A DNA stretch of 64,000 bases from an uncultured Planctomycetota bacterium (lineage in GTDB: Bacteria > Planctomycetota > Planctomycetia > Isosphaerales > Isosphaeraceae): assembly GCA_963823665.1 (NCBI GenBank), contig CAWGMQ010000005.1, positions 1,824,001-1,888,000 of the forward strand. Direction: 5' to 3'. The notes under the pieces are model-generated. The model was not told the DNA's origin, searched no databases, and saw only the letters and a list, made by a program, of their open reading frames with translations. Shown here one piece after another: positions 48,415-59,585 of the stretch. The translations under genes were made by a program, and so were the position numbers. Every line of letters starts with the position of its first letter. Positions within the stretch are counted from its first letter, which is position 1.

Positions 48415-50040
48415 TCATTCATCGTCGGCTTTGACTTCGTCGAACCGGCCGACTTGCGGATCGAATGAGTAGAGGCGACCGCCGTTGACGACCAGCGCGG
48501 TGCCTCCGGGGCCCACATGAGGGCTATCCGCGTTTCTTCCTTCCACCTTCAGCGTCTGCCAGGTTCCTGTGATGGCACTATAGGCATGGATCGACTGCTC
48601 GTCCTGGACCATCAAGAGGCTGCGAGTGTTGAAGCTGGTGTTAGGCGCCATACGCTTGAGTTCCAAGGTCTGCTGACTCCATTTTCCGGTCACGGCACTG
48701 AAGGCATACACATGGCTGTCGATCACGTAGGCCGCGTAATTGTCTTGCAGGAAAGCATCGGCCTTGAACAACGTCGCGGGTTCTGCCAGAGCTTGCCGGC
48801 TCCACTTCCCAACCTTGGTCGAGAAGACGGCGACCTCGTTGATCGGTTCTCCCAGTTGTCTATCCATGATGAGAGCGACCAGGCGTCGGGACTGCCCGAT
48901 GCGCGGACTGATCATGATGCCCTCGGGAGCCTTGTAGGAATGCCAGCTCTTCCTGTCGGGGTCGTACGCCCAGATTCTCTTGGAGTCTCCGAGCGTGATG
49001 ACGGGTTCCGGCGCGTCGAAAGGCCCCTTCTTGGATTTCACGGCAGAATCACCTGGTGTTTCCGCCGTCGACTTTTCTTTTGCGGGTGGGGTTGACGATT
49101 CGGTCTTTGTGATCGCTTTCGGGTCGCCAGAATCCTGCGTGAGGGGCTGCGACTCTCCCGACGTCACTGTCGCGAGCAGGCCCAGACTCGTGATTACAAT
49201 ACCGGCGGCAAGCGCAGCAGCCACCACTGTCTTGATCCTTGTGAGCCACATGACTCGAAGCACCCTTTCCGCTAAGGTTGTTACCGAAACCGAGAATTGT
49301 CCGCCAATTTGTTTTGCAAGAGGCGTTGCCCGGGTCACGCCGGCAACGGTGGCTTTCGCCAACTGCGTGGAGATCGTCGATGAGGCAAAAACCGCCGGAA
49401 CGGGAGACTCGTATGGTCCGGCCGCCGATGTGATCCCGCGACGAGACAGTCCGTCACGCAGCCGATTTCGACCACGTGCTAGCCGGCTCTTGATCGTTCC
49501 GGGCGGACAGTTGAGATACTTTGCGGCGGCTTCGTAGGAATGGCCCTCGAGGTCGCACAGCACAATCGGCAGGCGAAAGCAGCGCGGAAGTCGGTTGATT
49601 TCCTCATGAAGCGTCTCTGCCCATTCGTCAGGGGAGTCGAGATTGCCAGCGGTGTCCGCGATCTGGGCGGCTCTTCGCTCGATTGCTCGCTGGCGGTTGA
49701 CGACTGTCTTGAGCCGCCCGGCGGCGCGGCGTGCGACTTGATGAAGCCAGGGGGCGATCGAATCGTGCACCCAGAGAGTGCCGCCTTTCTGCGCGAGGAT
49801 AAAGAACGTTGCCTGGAATGCGTCCTGGGCATCGTGATCGTTGCCGACAATGCCGCGGCATACGCAAAACACCATTGCGCCGTGGCGATCCACCAAGGCT
49901 GCAAAGGCCGTTTCGGCGGACTCGCCGCGACGGCGAGCGAATTGCTCGAGCAGTTGACCATCCGACATAGCCGCCACAACTCCCACATCGAAGAGAGTCT
50001 GGAGGTGAGCCAGGGTGGTTTCGCGGTGTTCGTGCGGCAA
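48415..50040 (-). CDS. Planctomycete-type ECF sigma factor with TM segment and beta-rich C-terminal extension
   Basis: SDGQLLEQF, LVDRHG.MV, DAQDAFQATF, LP..FRLPIVLCDLEG, GTIKSRLARGR. Confidence 0.93.
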   Translation of the reverse strand: MPHEHRETTLAHLQTLFDVGVVAAMSDGQLLEQFARRRGESAETAFAALVDRHGAMVFCVCRGIVGNDHDAQDAFQATFFILAQKGGTLWVHDSIAPWLHQVARRAAGRLKTVVNRQRAIERRAAQIADTAGNLDSPDEWAETLHEEINRLPRCFRLPIVLCDLEGHSYEAAAKYLNCPPGTIKSRLARGRNRLRDGLSRRGITSAAGPYESPVPAVFASSTISTQLAKATVAGVTRATPLAKQIGGQFSVSVTTLAERVLRVMWLTRIKTVVAAALAAGIVITSLGLLATVTSGESQPLTQDSGDPKAITKTESSTPPAKEKSTAETPGDSAVKSKKGPFDAPEPVITLGDSKRIWAYDPDRKSWHSYKAPEGIMISPRIGQSRRLVALIMDRQLGEPINEVAVFSTKVGKWSRQALAEPATLFKADAFLQDNYAAYVIDSHVYAFSAVTGKWSQQTLELKRMAPNTSFNTRSLLMVQDEQSIHAYSAITGTWQTLKVEGRNADSPHVGPGGTALVVNGGRLYSFDPQVGRFDEVKADDE

Positions 50041-50291
50041 TTTTGGGACTCGTAGAACCGCCGAGAGCTAAAGCACTGAAGTGCCAAGGACTGAAGCCCG
50101 TGCCTATTGACCGCGGCCCCGGTCGGGCCGAAGTCAAGTTTCCGATTGTCGAGCAGCCCTCGGTGGGCTTTTCGATCTATTCATTAAAGCATAGTGGGCC
50201 GTGAATTGTTCCCGGACAACTTCGAGAATCTGCTGGATCATCTTGACGAGTGGCTCTACCATGCGAGAATCGATCGGGGGTTTACAATCGC

Positions 50292-51341
50292 ATGCGGTCA
50301 TTCCCTATACCCAAACGGCGCAAAACGATTGAGCTGGGGCAATCACCGCTCACGGACCTGCGTGCGCTGGGTAGCTCGACGTTGTTTCACGCCCTGGTGG
50401 TTCTGCTGGCATCGTTCACGGTTCTGAACGCCGCGCTGCCGCTGGGTGGGGAGTCAACGCGTCCGCGGGCGCTCTACACCGAACTCGATCCAGTTGATAA
50501 CCGGGAGAGCGTTCCTCCGTCGCCGGGAGAGGGGGGCGGGAGCCCGGGTGAGGTCGGAGGAACCAGCAGCGTACCGTTTGTTTCCAATGTGGAAGGTAAG
50601 ACACCGCAGCAAGCGACTCGCGACCCGGTGGCCGACAATCTGCTGGCGGAAATCCTTCCCGATCCACAACCCAAGCCTGCAGAAACACAACAGCGGGCAC
50701 TACCCGGGCCACGAACGACCGGTGAGGGAATTCTTCCGGGGTCGGGCTCCGGCGGTGGTGAAGGCGTTGGTGGGGGCTCTGCCGGTGGCGCCGGCCGAAG
50801 CATAGGTCCCGGTACGCAGTTCTTCGGAGCACGCGAACATGCTCACTCGTTCACCTATGTGATCGACTGCTCGGGGAGCATGGCGACGCGTAATTCGCTG
50901 GACGTCGCGAAACGCGAAATGATGGCGAGCATCAACCAGCTTGCGCCCGATGCGGAGTTTGCCGTTATTTTCTATAATCTCCAAACTCGCGTTCTCAATG
51001 ATCCTCAAGGCCAGAAAGGGCTTATGGCGGCGACCGCGCTGAACAAGGGTCGGGTGCAGTCGCAACTCGAGGCCGTATCACCGCTGGGCGGTACGGACCA
51101 TAAGGGGGCCTTGCGCGAGGCGCTCAAGCTGAAATCCGAGGTCATTTTCTTTTTGACCGACGCGGAGTTGATTTCCAACAGCGACATCGACGAGATTCTT
51201 CCCGAGGTAGGTCATACGCGAATTCAAGCCGTCGAGTTTGGCTTCGGAATGTCTCTCGGCCAGCGGACGCCCTTGAGCCGGTTAGCCACGACGACTGGGG
51301 GCACTTACCGTTACATCGACGTCAGCCGATTTGCCCACTGA
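50292..51341 (+). CDS. Membrane-anchored vWA-domain protein
   Basis: FFG...YVIDCSGSM (MIDAS), GGTDH, FFLTD. Confidence 0.9.
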   Translation: MRSFPIPKRRKTIELGQSPLTDLRALGSSTLFHALVVLLASFTVLNAALPLGGESTRPRALYTELDPVDNRESVPPSPGEGGGSPGEVGGTSSVPFVSNVEGKTPQQATRDPVADNLLAEILPDPQPKPAETQQRALPGPRTTGEGILPGSGSGGGEGVGGGSAGGAGRSIGPGTQFFGAREHAHSFTYVIDCSGSMATRNSLDVAKREMMASINQLAPDAEFAVIFYNLQTRVLNDPQGQKGLMAATALNKGRVQSQLEAVSPLGGTDHKGALREALKLKSEVIFFLTDAELISNSDIDEILPEVGHTRIQAVEFGFGMSLGQRTPLSRLATTTGGTYRYIDVSRFAH

Positions 51342-51895
51342 AAGTGCCACACGGACTTCCGGCCTTTCGCCCAGCGTCTGACTGAACTATGCTCGTGTGC
51401 TTGGAAGCTGCCACCACATGCCTGAGTGAATGGATGGTGTGAGTTTGTGGTGAGATTTGCAGGCTAGACTCTTTTCCGATGGCCGAGGGTTGTGTTTAAT
51501 CGCTGGGCCACGTGAGTGAATCGGTGCGCGAATCTTCGAAGCCGTCACGGAGAGCTGGGCCGGGAACGGAGACTGGTAGACCACGAATGACGGCTTGGTG
51601 AAGATTTGTGTGTCGGCCCGGAGGAGTTGGGGGAGGGGGAACGGGAGTTGCTTCCCGGCGTTTTATCCCCTTAGTGTATCGGGAGCAGGCGCATGTGCGG
51701 GCGCCGGCGTCCTGTTGAGATTGGCACTCCGGCTGCCGCGATCTGGACCTGATCGATTCGCTCACTCACAAAAACACTTGAGATCGATTTCGACGGTGCT
51801 CACGAGCACTCAACATGATCAGAGGCGCTCGCGAGGTATCCGACGACCGGTAACTGCTCTGAATGTAGCAACACTTGAACCCGGAGATGCGGAAA

Positions 51896-54689
51896 ATGCG
51901 ACGTTGGCGATTCATTAGATATTTTATGGTCGCGCTGGCGCTTTCAGGAGCGCCGGCTCGGCTCAACGCCCAGGAGCCGGCCAAGAAAGACACGCCGCCG
52001 GGTGCGGCGCCGACTGCCGCGGCCGAGAAGGCGCAACCGCCTGCGAACGCTGCGGCAAAGCAAGCCGCCGCTGCGGCTGCTGGCGCGTGCTGCGCCGGCG
52101 GCAGGTTCTGCCGCGGTGACGGCGGAGGCGGAAGAGTTTGAGTATTTCGCATTTCTCAAAGATCCCGCGTACACGTTGACCGAGCAGATTGCACTGTGGG
52201 TCGTCCTGCTGATTGCGGTGGCGGGTTTGGTTTATGCGATAGCGCTGGTCGGGCAAGTGTATGGGGCTGACGAGGGAACGGAGAAGATGCGCGAAGTCGG
52301 CGCTGCGATCCGGCAGGGAGCAAATGCTTATCTGGGCCGTCAGTTCCGTGCGATCATCGTGCTCGTCTTCGTGCTCACCGGTCTGGTGTACTTCACGGCC
52401 GAGGCGGCTGGGGCGGTGGCGATCGGACGCGCCGGCGCGTTCTTCATCGGGGCCTCTTTCTCTTGGCTGGTCGGCTTTGTCGGCATGAGGCTGGCGGTGC
52501 GCGGGAACCTTCGAGTCGCCGCGGCGGCTCGAACGAGCTACGGCGGGGCGCTGCAGCTCGGGTACCGCACCGGCACGATCACCGGCATGCTTACCGACGG
52601 GCTGGGACTCCTGGGCGGCACGATCATCTTCATGGCGTACGGAGAACATGCCTATGAAGTGCTGCTCGGATTCGGATTCGGCGGCACGTTGCTCGCGCTC
52701 TTCATGCGAGTCGGCGGCGGCATCTACACCAAGGCGGCGGACGTCGGCGCGGACTTGGTCGGCAAGGTCGAAGCGGGAATACCCGAAGATGACCCGCGGA
52801 ACGCGGCGACCATCGCCGATAACGTTGGGGACAACGTAGGCGACTGTGCCGGCATGGCCGCCGACATCTTTGAAAGCTACGAAGTGACGATCGTCGCCGC
52901 GATGATCCTGGGATACGCCAGCTTCGGCCACAAGGGCGTGATCTTCCCGCTGCTCGTTCGGGCCATCGGCGTGCTGGGATCAATCTGGAGCACCTATACC
53001 GTCAAGGCCGGACCGAATAGCACGAGCGACGAAGCGCTGCATTCGGTGCACCACGGGTTTGTGCTGGGATCGATCTTCAGCGTTGTTGGTTTCGTCCTGC
53101 TTGGCTTTGGATACCTGCACTTCAACAAGGAGTATTACTCGGAATATCCCCAGGCACTGGGCGGAGCCGAGCTCAACGGCGTCTTCAAGACGGCGAAGGC
53201 GGAATTCGAGAAAGCCAATCGTCCGGAACGTGGCACCACCGACCACAAAGCGTACGAGGTCAAGTACAAGGCCTATCAAAAGGATCTTGGGAAGTTCATC
53301 ACGGAATACAAAGGCGACATCTTTGAATCCCGCTTGCCCTTCTGGAACAGCTTCGGAATTGAAGGGCTCGACATGAGGCCGGCGTGGACGTGCTTGATCG
53401 GGATTATCCTGGCCATCACGCTGAACAAGGTGACGAGCTATTACACGCACACTCAGTACGCCCCGGTCAAGTCACTGGCGAAGAGCTGCCAGACCGGGCA
53501 CGCGACCAATATCATTCAAGGGTTCGCGGTTGGTTATGAGTCGGCCGTTGTGCAGACCCTCGTCATTGCCATCGCGATTCTACTTGCCGCGGTGATCTAT
53601 GCCGGTGCGACTCCGCTCTTCGTCGCCTATGGCGTGGCGATGTGCGGCATCGGAATGCTGACATTGACCGGCAACACCATCAGCATGGACGTGTTCGGGC
53701 CGGTGGCCGACAATGCCAACGGCATCGGCGAGATGGGCTATGATCGGCAGGAAATGGGCGAGGAGAATTACAAACGTGCACGGCAAATCCTGGCCGACCT
53801 CGATGCCGTCGGGAACACAACCAAGGCAGAGACCAAAGGAATCGCGATCGGCAGCGCCGTGATCGCGGCCGTGAGTCTCTTCGCGAGCTTCATCGCGATT
53901 CTCGCTGTCGGCAGCGAGGCTGATATCGACAAGATGACGACGGCTCAATACACGACTGAGGCGGGTAACCTGTCGATCGCCTATCCGTACGTGTTCGTGG
54001 GCGCGCTCATCGGCGGCGTGGTTCCATTTCTGTTCAGCTCGATGCTCATTCGCGCCGTTGGCCGCGCGGCGTTCTTGATCGTCAAGGAATGCCGCATGCA
54101 GTTCCGTGACAAGGAGATCTGGGCGGGCACCAAGAAGCCGGACTACGGCCGTGTGGTCAACATCTGCACCGCAGCGGCGCAAGGCGAGCTGATCGGCCCT
54201 GCTCTGCTCGCGATCTTGATGCCCATCCTGGTCGGCATCTTCCTGGGAAACCAGGCGCTCGGCGGCTACCTGGCGGGGATGATCATTGTCGGCCAGCTTC
54301 TGGCAGTGTTCATGGCCAACGCAGGTGGTGCCTGGGATAACGCCAAGAAGTTGATCGAAGACGGCATCTACGGCGGTAAGGGTTCCGAGGCGCACAAGGC
54401 GGCTGTCACGGGAGATACGGTCGGCGACCCCTTGAAAGACACGGCGGGGCCGGCGCTCAACCCGCTGATCAAGGTCATGAACATGGTCTCGCTGCTGGCG
54501 ATCGCGCCGATCATCCTCTACAGGGAATCCTACTGGATCTATGTCGTCGGAATTGTCTGCGTCCTGGGCGTCGCGTGGGCGGTCTGGCGCAGCAAGACCG
54601 AAAGCAAGGAGTTCCGTGAAATGGAGGCCGACCTCGCTGGTTCTGCCGACGCCAACAAGGCGCTCGAAACGGCGGGGGTTGGCGACTGA
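51896..54689 (+). CDS. hppA: Membrane-bound ion-pumping pyrophosphatase, K+-independent signature; frameshift near 52085 in the Ala-rich N-terminal extension
   Basis: GGGIYTKAADVGADLVGKVE, IPEDDPRN, DNVGDNVGD, GNTTKA, GGAWDNAKK, GDTVGDPLKDT. Confidence 0.96.
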
Positions 54690-54859
54690 CGGCTTGGGCG
54701 GCTGCAGAGCCCGACTGACTCTGTACGGTCCCGGGTAAGCGAGCGCCTTGGCTCGCCACCGGGGCTGGTGCGCACTCCGGTGTCCCGTCACGACAACTCG
54801 CGGTCGGGCGTCACCGTTGTGTGCTTGATCGATTCACCCGGGAGGCTCTTCGATTGACG

Positions 54860-55207
54860 TCAGAACAGCTTGCTCGTGGGATAGTACCGCCGGATGACGG
54901 TCAAGCGCAGCTTGACCAGTAGCAAGAGATTGGCAAGTTTGAGCCAGATCAACCAGGATTGCAGAGCGTAAGCCTCTCGGAAATCGGTCAGACCGAAAGT
55001 GAAGAACGCGGCGGAATAGATGACCTCGATGATGGAGTGGCGATAGCGGATGTAGCGCGCCAGGACCAAGCCCGATAGGATCACCCAGATCGTGCCTTCG
55101 AGCAGGTTGAAGAAATGGTACGGGATCTCGAACCAGTCTGGGTTGCCGGAGCCGTAGGTCCACCACGTCCTGAATACCAAGTATTCGAGGATCTGCTTCC
55201 GGGTCAC
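54860..55207 (-). CDS. Small membrane protein
   Basis: FNLLEG..W, FTFGLTDFRE; overlaps the upstream stop (GTGA). Confidence 0.7.
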   Translation of the reverse strand: MTRKQILEYLVFRTWWTYGSGNPDWFEIPYHFFNLLEGTIWVILSGLVLARYIRYRHSIIEVIYSAAFFTFGLTDFREAYALQSWLIWLKLANLLLLVKLRLTVIRRYYPTSKLF

Positions 55208-55713
55208 CCCCGCTTATCCTCATTGAGCAAGTGCTGGCTCGACTGAAGGAAGCGGCGCTGGCGGGTCTTGGAGGCGGTGGCGGCGGTGGCGGTCTGGGTT
55301 TGCATTTTCAGGTCGTCGAGGTTGGCTTTGCAGAAGGGGCACTCAACGACTTCGATGTGAAATGTCAGATATGAGGAGAGCTCAGGATCGAGCGCTTCCA
55401 GGAGATAGCTGCCCAGTTGCTGACGGCTGGGGCAGGTCAAGCGGGTGCGATGCCAGATCGCCCCCAGGGTGTGCAACTGACCGTCGGCACGGTTCTGGCG
55501 AACGTCTTCCAGTCGCTCGCGAAGCTCGGCGGAGTCGCGAAGCGCCTTCTCGACGCGTGCTGACACCTCCGGTGCCAGAGCATCCAGGAGATACTCGCGC
55601 AGCATCACATCGTCGATGGGAGCTGCCGGCCCGGTTGGCCTCTGCCCGCGAGCGGGTGCATTGGCGGAATGATCGGCACCTTGCTTTCCTTTGCCCCTCA
55701 AGTTACCCATCAT
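55204..55713 (-). CDS. Soluble zinc-finger anti-sigma-like protein
   Basis: CPSRQQLGSYL...H.....CPFC; overlaps the ECF stop. Confidence 0.75.
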   Translation of the reverse strand: MMGNLRGKGKQGADHSANAPARGQRPTGPAAPIDDVMLREYLLDALAPEVSARVEKALRDSAELRERLEDVRQNRADGQLHTLGAIWHRTRLTCPSRQQLGSYLLEALDPELSSYLTFHIEVVECPFCKANLDDLKMQTQTATAATASKTRQRRFLQSSQHLLNEDKRG

Positions 55714-56348
55714 AGCCGCTCAACCTCCGCCAAAGTCCTCGAGAGAAAGACCCGCGCCGGGCCATTTCCTTGAGGCGGGCGATTGTCTGGAACTTGTAGC
55801 TGGCCACGGCCTGCTCGGTGATTTCGAGGTACTTGGCCACTTCCTTGTTAGCCCAGCCCTTGACGACCAAAAGCTCCATGCAACGTAAGCGGGCGTAGTC
55901 GCCCCGCGCGAGCCACTCTCGTACGAGCTGTCCCATTGAGTCGGTCAGCAACCGTTCCTCAGCCTTGCGCCGCTCACCGCTGCGTGCGATGGAGGACGCT
56001 GCCCTGCCACCGCCGGGGACCTCGTCCAAGGGCCGGCCGTGGTCATCCGAGCCAAACTGGTCGATCGGCCGCCTGCCTTGTTTGCGCAAGTGATCCGTCA
56101 GCTTGTGCGCTGCGATCGAGAAGAGGTAGGCCTCCATGTCTCGCTTCTCGTCATAGTGAGGCAAGCTGGTCAAGAAACCGATGAAGGTTTCCTGGACAAC
56201 GTCTTCGCTCGCCGCGCGGTCGCGCAGACGGCTGTCTACGAACGCCAGCAGCCGCCCTTCGAATCGTTCAATGAGCTGACGCCACGCCTCGGCGTCTCCT
56301 GCGCGAACTTGCCGGACCAGAATCGTATCGGTCTCTGTAACGGACATC
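55703..56348 (-). CDS. ECF sigma factor
   Basis: LIERFEGRL, EDVVQETFIGF, YLFSIAAHK, GWANKEVAKYLEI. Confidence 0.92.
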
Positions 56349-56470
56349 GCCAAAGCCTGCCCCGGGGACGCGTCCACGCGCGGAAAAGTCCTCCCTCGCT
56401 ATTCACAAATTGTACACGCACCCCGGAACGTTTGCCTATCCTGCTCATCACGTGATGAATTCACCGAGCT

Positions 56471-57415
56471 TCACGTGACCATCTGGTAGATCAGCACGCC
56501 CCCGGCGCCAACACCGGCGGCGGCCAACAACCTGAGCCGATTCGTGTAGTAGCCCTTGGTCGCCTCGTCGGCACGGATATACCCTGAAACGGCGGCCAGG
56601 CAGATCAGAATGAAAGCGAGCGAGCCGCCCATGTTCACCAACCGCCGTCCGACAACCTCATGGTTGTAGACCTTGATGAACCGGGCACGACTTTCCGGTG
56701 ACTTGTCGAGCTTCAAATGCGTGATATACATCGCACCGAATTCATTTGGAACCGTTTTTTCGAGCTCTGCATTCAGAATGATTGAGTCCATCAGCCGATC
56801 CGGAATCTGCCACGAGCTGGGAACTTCGGGATCGAGCCAGGCGGCGATGTGTTGGTGGAGATCTTTACGAGCCTGTTCGGCGGCTCGGTCGGGCGTTGCC
56901 GAAATCTGGCTATCGAGTGTCTCGGTTGTTGTTTCGGCACTGATTCTGACGGCCTTCGGTCCCGGCTTTGACTCGATGCGGCCACGAAATTTGGCCGGCG
57001 GAACAGGAGGAGCCGGCGGCATGGCTTGGGCGTCGGTCACCCGCGTGCCGGGAACGATCGGCACGGGAAGTCCCTCGGCATCCTCGCGCTCGACGACCTT
57101 CGTGTGGAATACGCCGGTCTGTTCCGCATCGTCGTCGTCATCCGACCCAAACGCCCCGCGCACCTCCGCGAAGCGGCGATGAACCTCGTCGTGCGTCTTG
57201 TCGACAGCATGACGAATCTCGTGCTCGGCCTCGCGGAGAGCTCGCTGTACCTCGCGCCCTGCCTTGGCCAGGTGCTTGCGGGTGTCGCGATCCTGAACGT
57301 AGCGCGGACCGTTCCAGTGCCCCGACGGAGCCGGCCGCATGAGCGCCGCACGCTCACGTGCCCATACCCAGTACACCAGGCCCGCCACGATGAGCAGAAG
57401 GATAAGACGTTTCAT
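56471..57415 (-). CDS. Hypothetical membrane protein (N- and C-terminal TM)
   Basis: MKRLILLLIVAG; C-terminal GYIRADEATKGYYTNRLRL. Confidence 0.8.
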   Translation of the reverse strand: MKRLILLLIVAGLVYWVWARERAALMRPAPSGHWNGPRYVQDRDTRKHLAKAGREVQRALREAEHEIRHAVDKTHDEVHRRFAEVRGAFGSDDDDDAEQTGVFHTKVVEREDAEGLPVPIVPGTRVTDAQAMPPAPPVPPAKFRGRIESKPGPKAVRISAETTTETLDSQISATPDRAAEQARKDLHQHIAAWLDPEVPSSWQIPDRLMDSIILNAELEKTVPNEFGAMYITHLKLDKSPESRARFIKVYNHEVVGRRLVNMGGSLAFILICLAAVSGYIRADEATKGYYTNRLRLLAAAGVGAGGVLIYQMVT

Positions 57416-57526
57416 TGGAGTCCAATCCCGTAACGAACAGCAGACTGAGGGTCCGTAATCAGAATTCTCGATGCCGCTTGTGAGTCAATTCGAGCAGTCG
57501 CCCGCGTTCTTGTTCCAGCCGCCGCT

Positions 57527-59438
57527 CTAGGCCCTGAGGATTTTCGCCTTTCGTCTTTGCTTTTCCGAGGCCCGCACATACTGGGCATAGGCCGCGGCGG
57601 CTTCATTCCAGGGGCTTACGAGCTGGACGACCGCGGCGATCAGCACGGCAATGTAGACGCCGTCCCAGCGTGCGTATGGCCAGAATGGAATCAACATCGT
57701 GGCCAGTAGCGCCGTCCACAAGATCGGGCCCAACCGGAACCGCACCTTGCGGTCGCGGGCAGTCACGGGCAGCCAGCCGGTCGTGAGTGCGAACAATCCA
57801 CCAAAGTAGATGGTCTCGAGGTTGCGAGGCTCCGAGAAGAACGCGTTCTGAACGTTGACCCCGAGCTGGACGTTTCGGGCAAACACCGTGCCGACAACGC
57901 CCAAGAGCAACCCGCATCCCAGGGCGATGAGACGCTTGGTGGTCTTGTCGAAGCGGCGAGGTTCGATGGCTTTATTCGGGATCAGGGCCATCCAGGTACC
58001 AAGAAGTGCCATTCCGAACAGATACGCAAGCTGCTGAGGATCGGAAGAAAGCTCGAAATTCAGGAGCGAAGGAGCCGGCACGCTGAGAAGTGCCAGCAGG
58101 GGCGTTGCCCAGAGCATCGATGATGTCAGCTCAGCCATGCGCACGCGGCCGCTCGGTTCCGGTGGAGGCTCCGGAGGAGGCGCAGGCGCCTGACGTGGCG
58201 GCGCGGCGCGGGGGCGGGGGCTGGCGTGCGAACGTAATTCACGTTGCGAACCACACCGGCGGCACGGGGCCGGCCGGGGCTCGGTGCGGGGCGATTCCGC
58301 ATGGGAACAGCATTGGGGCGCCGCAGTGCATCCAGATTCGCCCGGATTCGTTGGCGGATTCCATTCGCGGCGCGCGGGGGCCGCGTATCCGGTCCAATGT
58401 AGAAGACGGGTTCCTCGGCCTCGATTCGGAGAACATCATCTTGTACCGCTCGGCCGGCCTTGGCGTCGCCGATGATCCGCACGTCGGGGCGCGAGGTGCA
58501 TCTTCGGGCGGGAGCAGGTCGTAGAGCCGGTTGGGGCGATGGTTCGGGTCTTTGGCCAGCGCCTTGGCGACAATCGAACGGTAAGGCTCGGCGAGCATCG
58601 AAACGTCGGGCCGCGCGGTCAGGTGCTTCATCAGCACCTCGTTGACCGTCTCGCCGTCGAACGGCACCTTACCGGTGAGCATTTCGTAGAGAATCACGCC
58701 GATTGAATAGATGTCGATCGGCTTGTTGTATTTGCCCGAGCCGATCTCGGGGGCCATGTAGTGGCACGTGCCGATGCTCTCGGAGTGCTCGGTGCCGTGG
58801 CTGGGCGTGATCAGCTTGGCCAGGCCATAATCGCCGATCTTGACGATTCCTTCCTCCATGAACAGGTTGGCCGGCTTGAGATCGCGGTGGACGATTCCGT
58901 GATCGTGCAGGTAGGCGACGCCGTCAACCAGCCCCTTGAGCCAGTGGCGAATCTCCTGGAGCGGCATACCACCGGGGTATTGCTTCAAGACGCTCGCCAG
59001 GCTGGGGCCGGCCACATATTCCATGACCACGAAGGTATCGCCGGAGTCGCTTGCCTTGAGGTCGAAGATCGTGAGCAAGTTCGGGCACTTCAGGTTCATG
59101 CAGTGAACAACCCCGCGCCGTTCGACGTCGAGATTGCGCAGGATGAGCTTGAGCGCCACTTCCTTGCCAGAATCGGAGGTGGCGTAATAAACCTCGCCGA
59201 AGCCCCCACGGCCGATGGCACGCTTGATGGTGTAGCCGTCGAGCGGCCGGGCACCTGAGCCGAAGCTGTAGCGACCGTGCGCCGTCGATGATGCATTGGG
59301 GTTGGGCATATCTGAGCTTCCCATAAGGTCTTCCGGCCCTGATGCCGAGGAATCCTTTGGCTCGTAGCCGACGGTTTCGGCCATACGGCCCTTGCCGTTC
59401 AATTCCGCGCCACGCAGGTCTTCAGCCGTTGCGCTCAT
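57527..59438 (-). CDS. Ser/Thr kinase with C-terminal multi-TM domain; frameshifts near 58487 and 58200
   Basis: IGRGGFGEVY, VALK, HRDLKPAN, DYG, GTCHYMAPE; continues through the 58126..58482 and 57527..58144 frames. Confidence 0.88.
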
Positions 59439-59585
59439 CGGTTGTGCAACTCCATCAGGAGGCCGGTGTCACCCGACCAAGACCGCTGCACCGATCAATC
59501 AATCGGCACTGTGCAGAAGCGCTGCCCGCGACCGGCCATGCCGGCCCGAGGAAGCGCGTTAAAGGTTCGAGTTCGTTTCCGTTTG

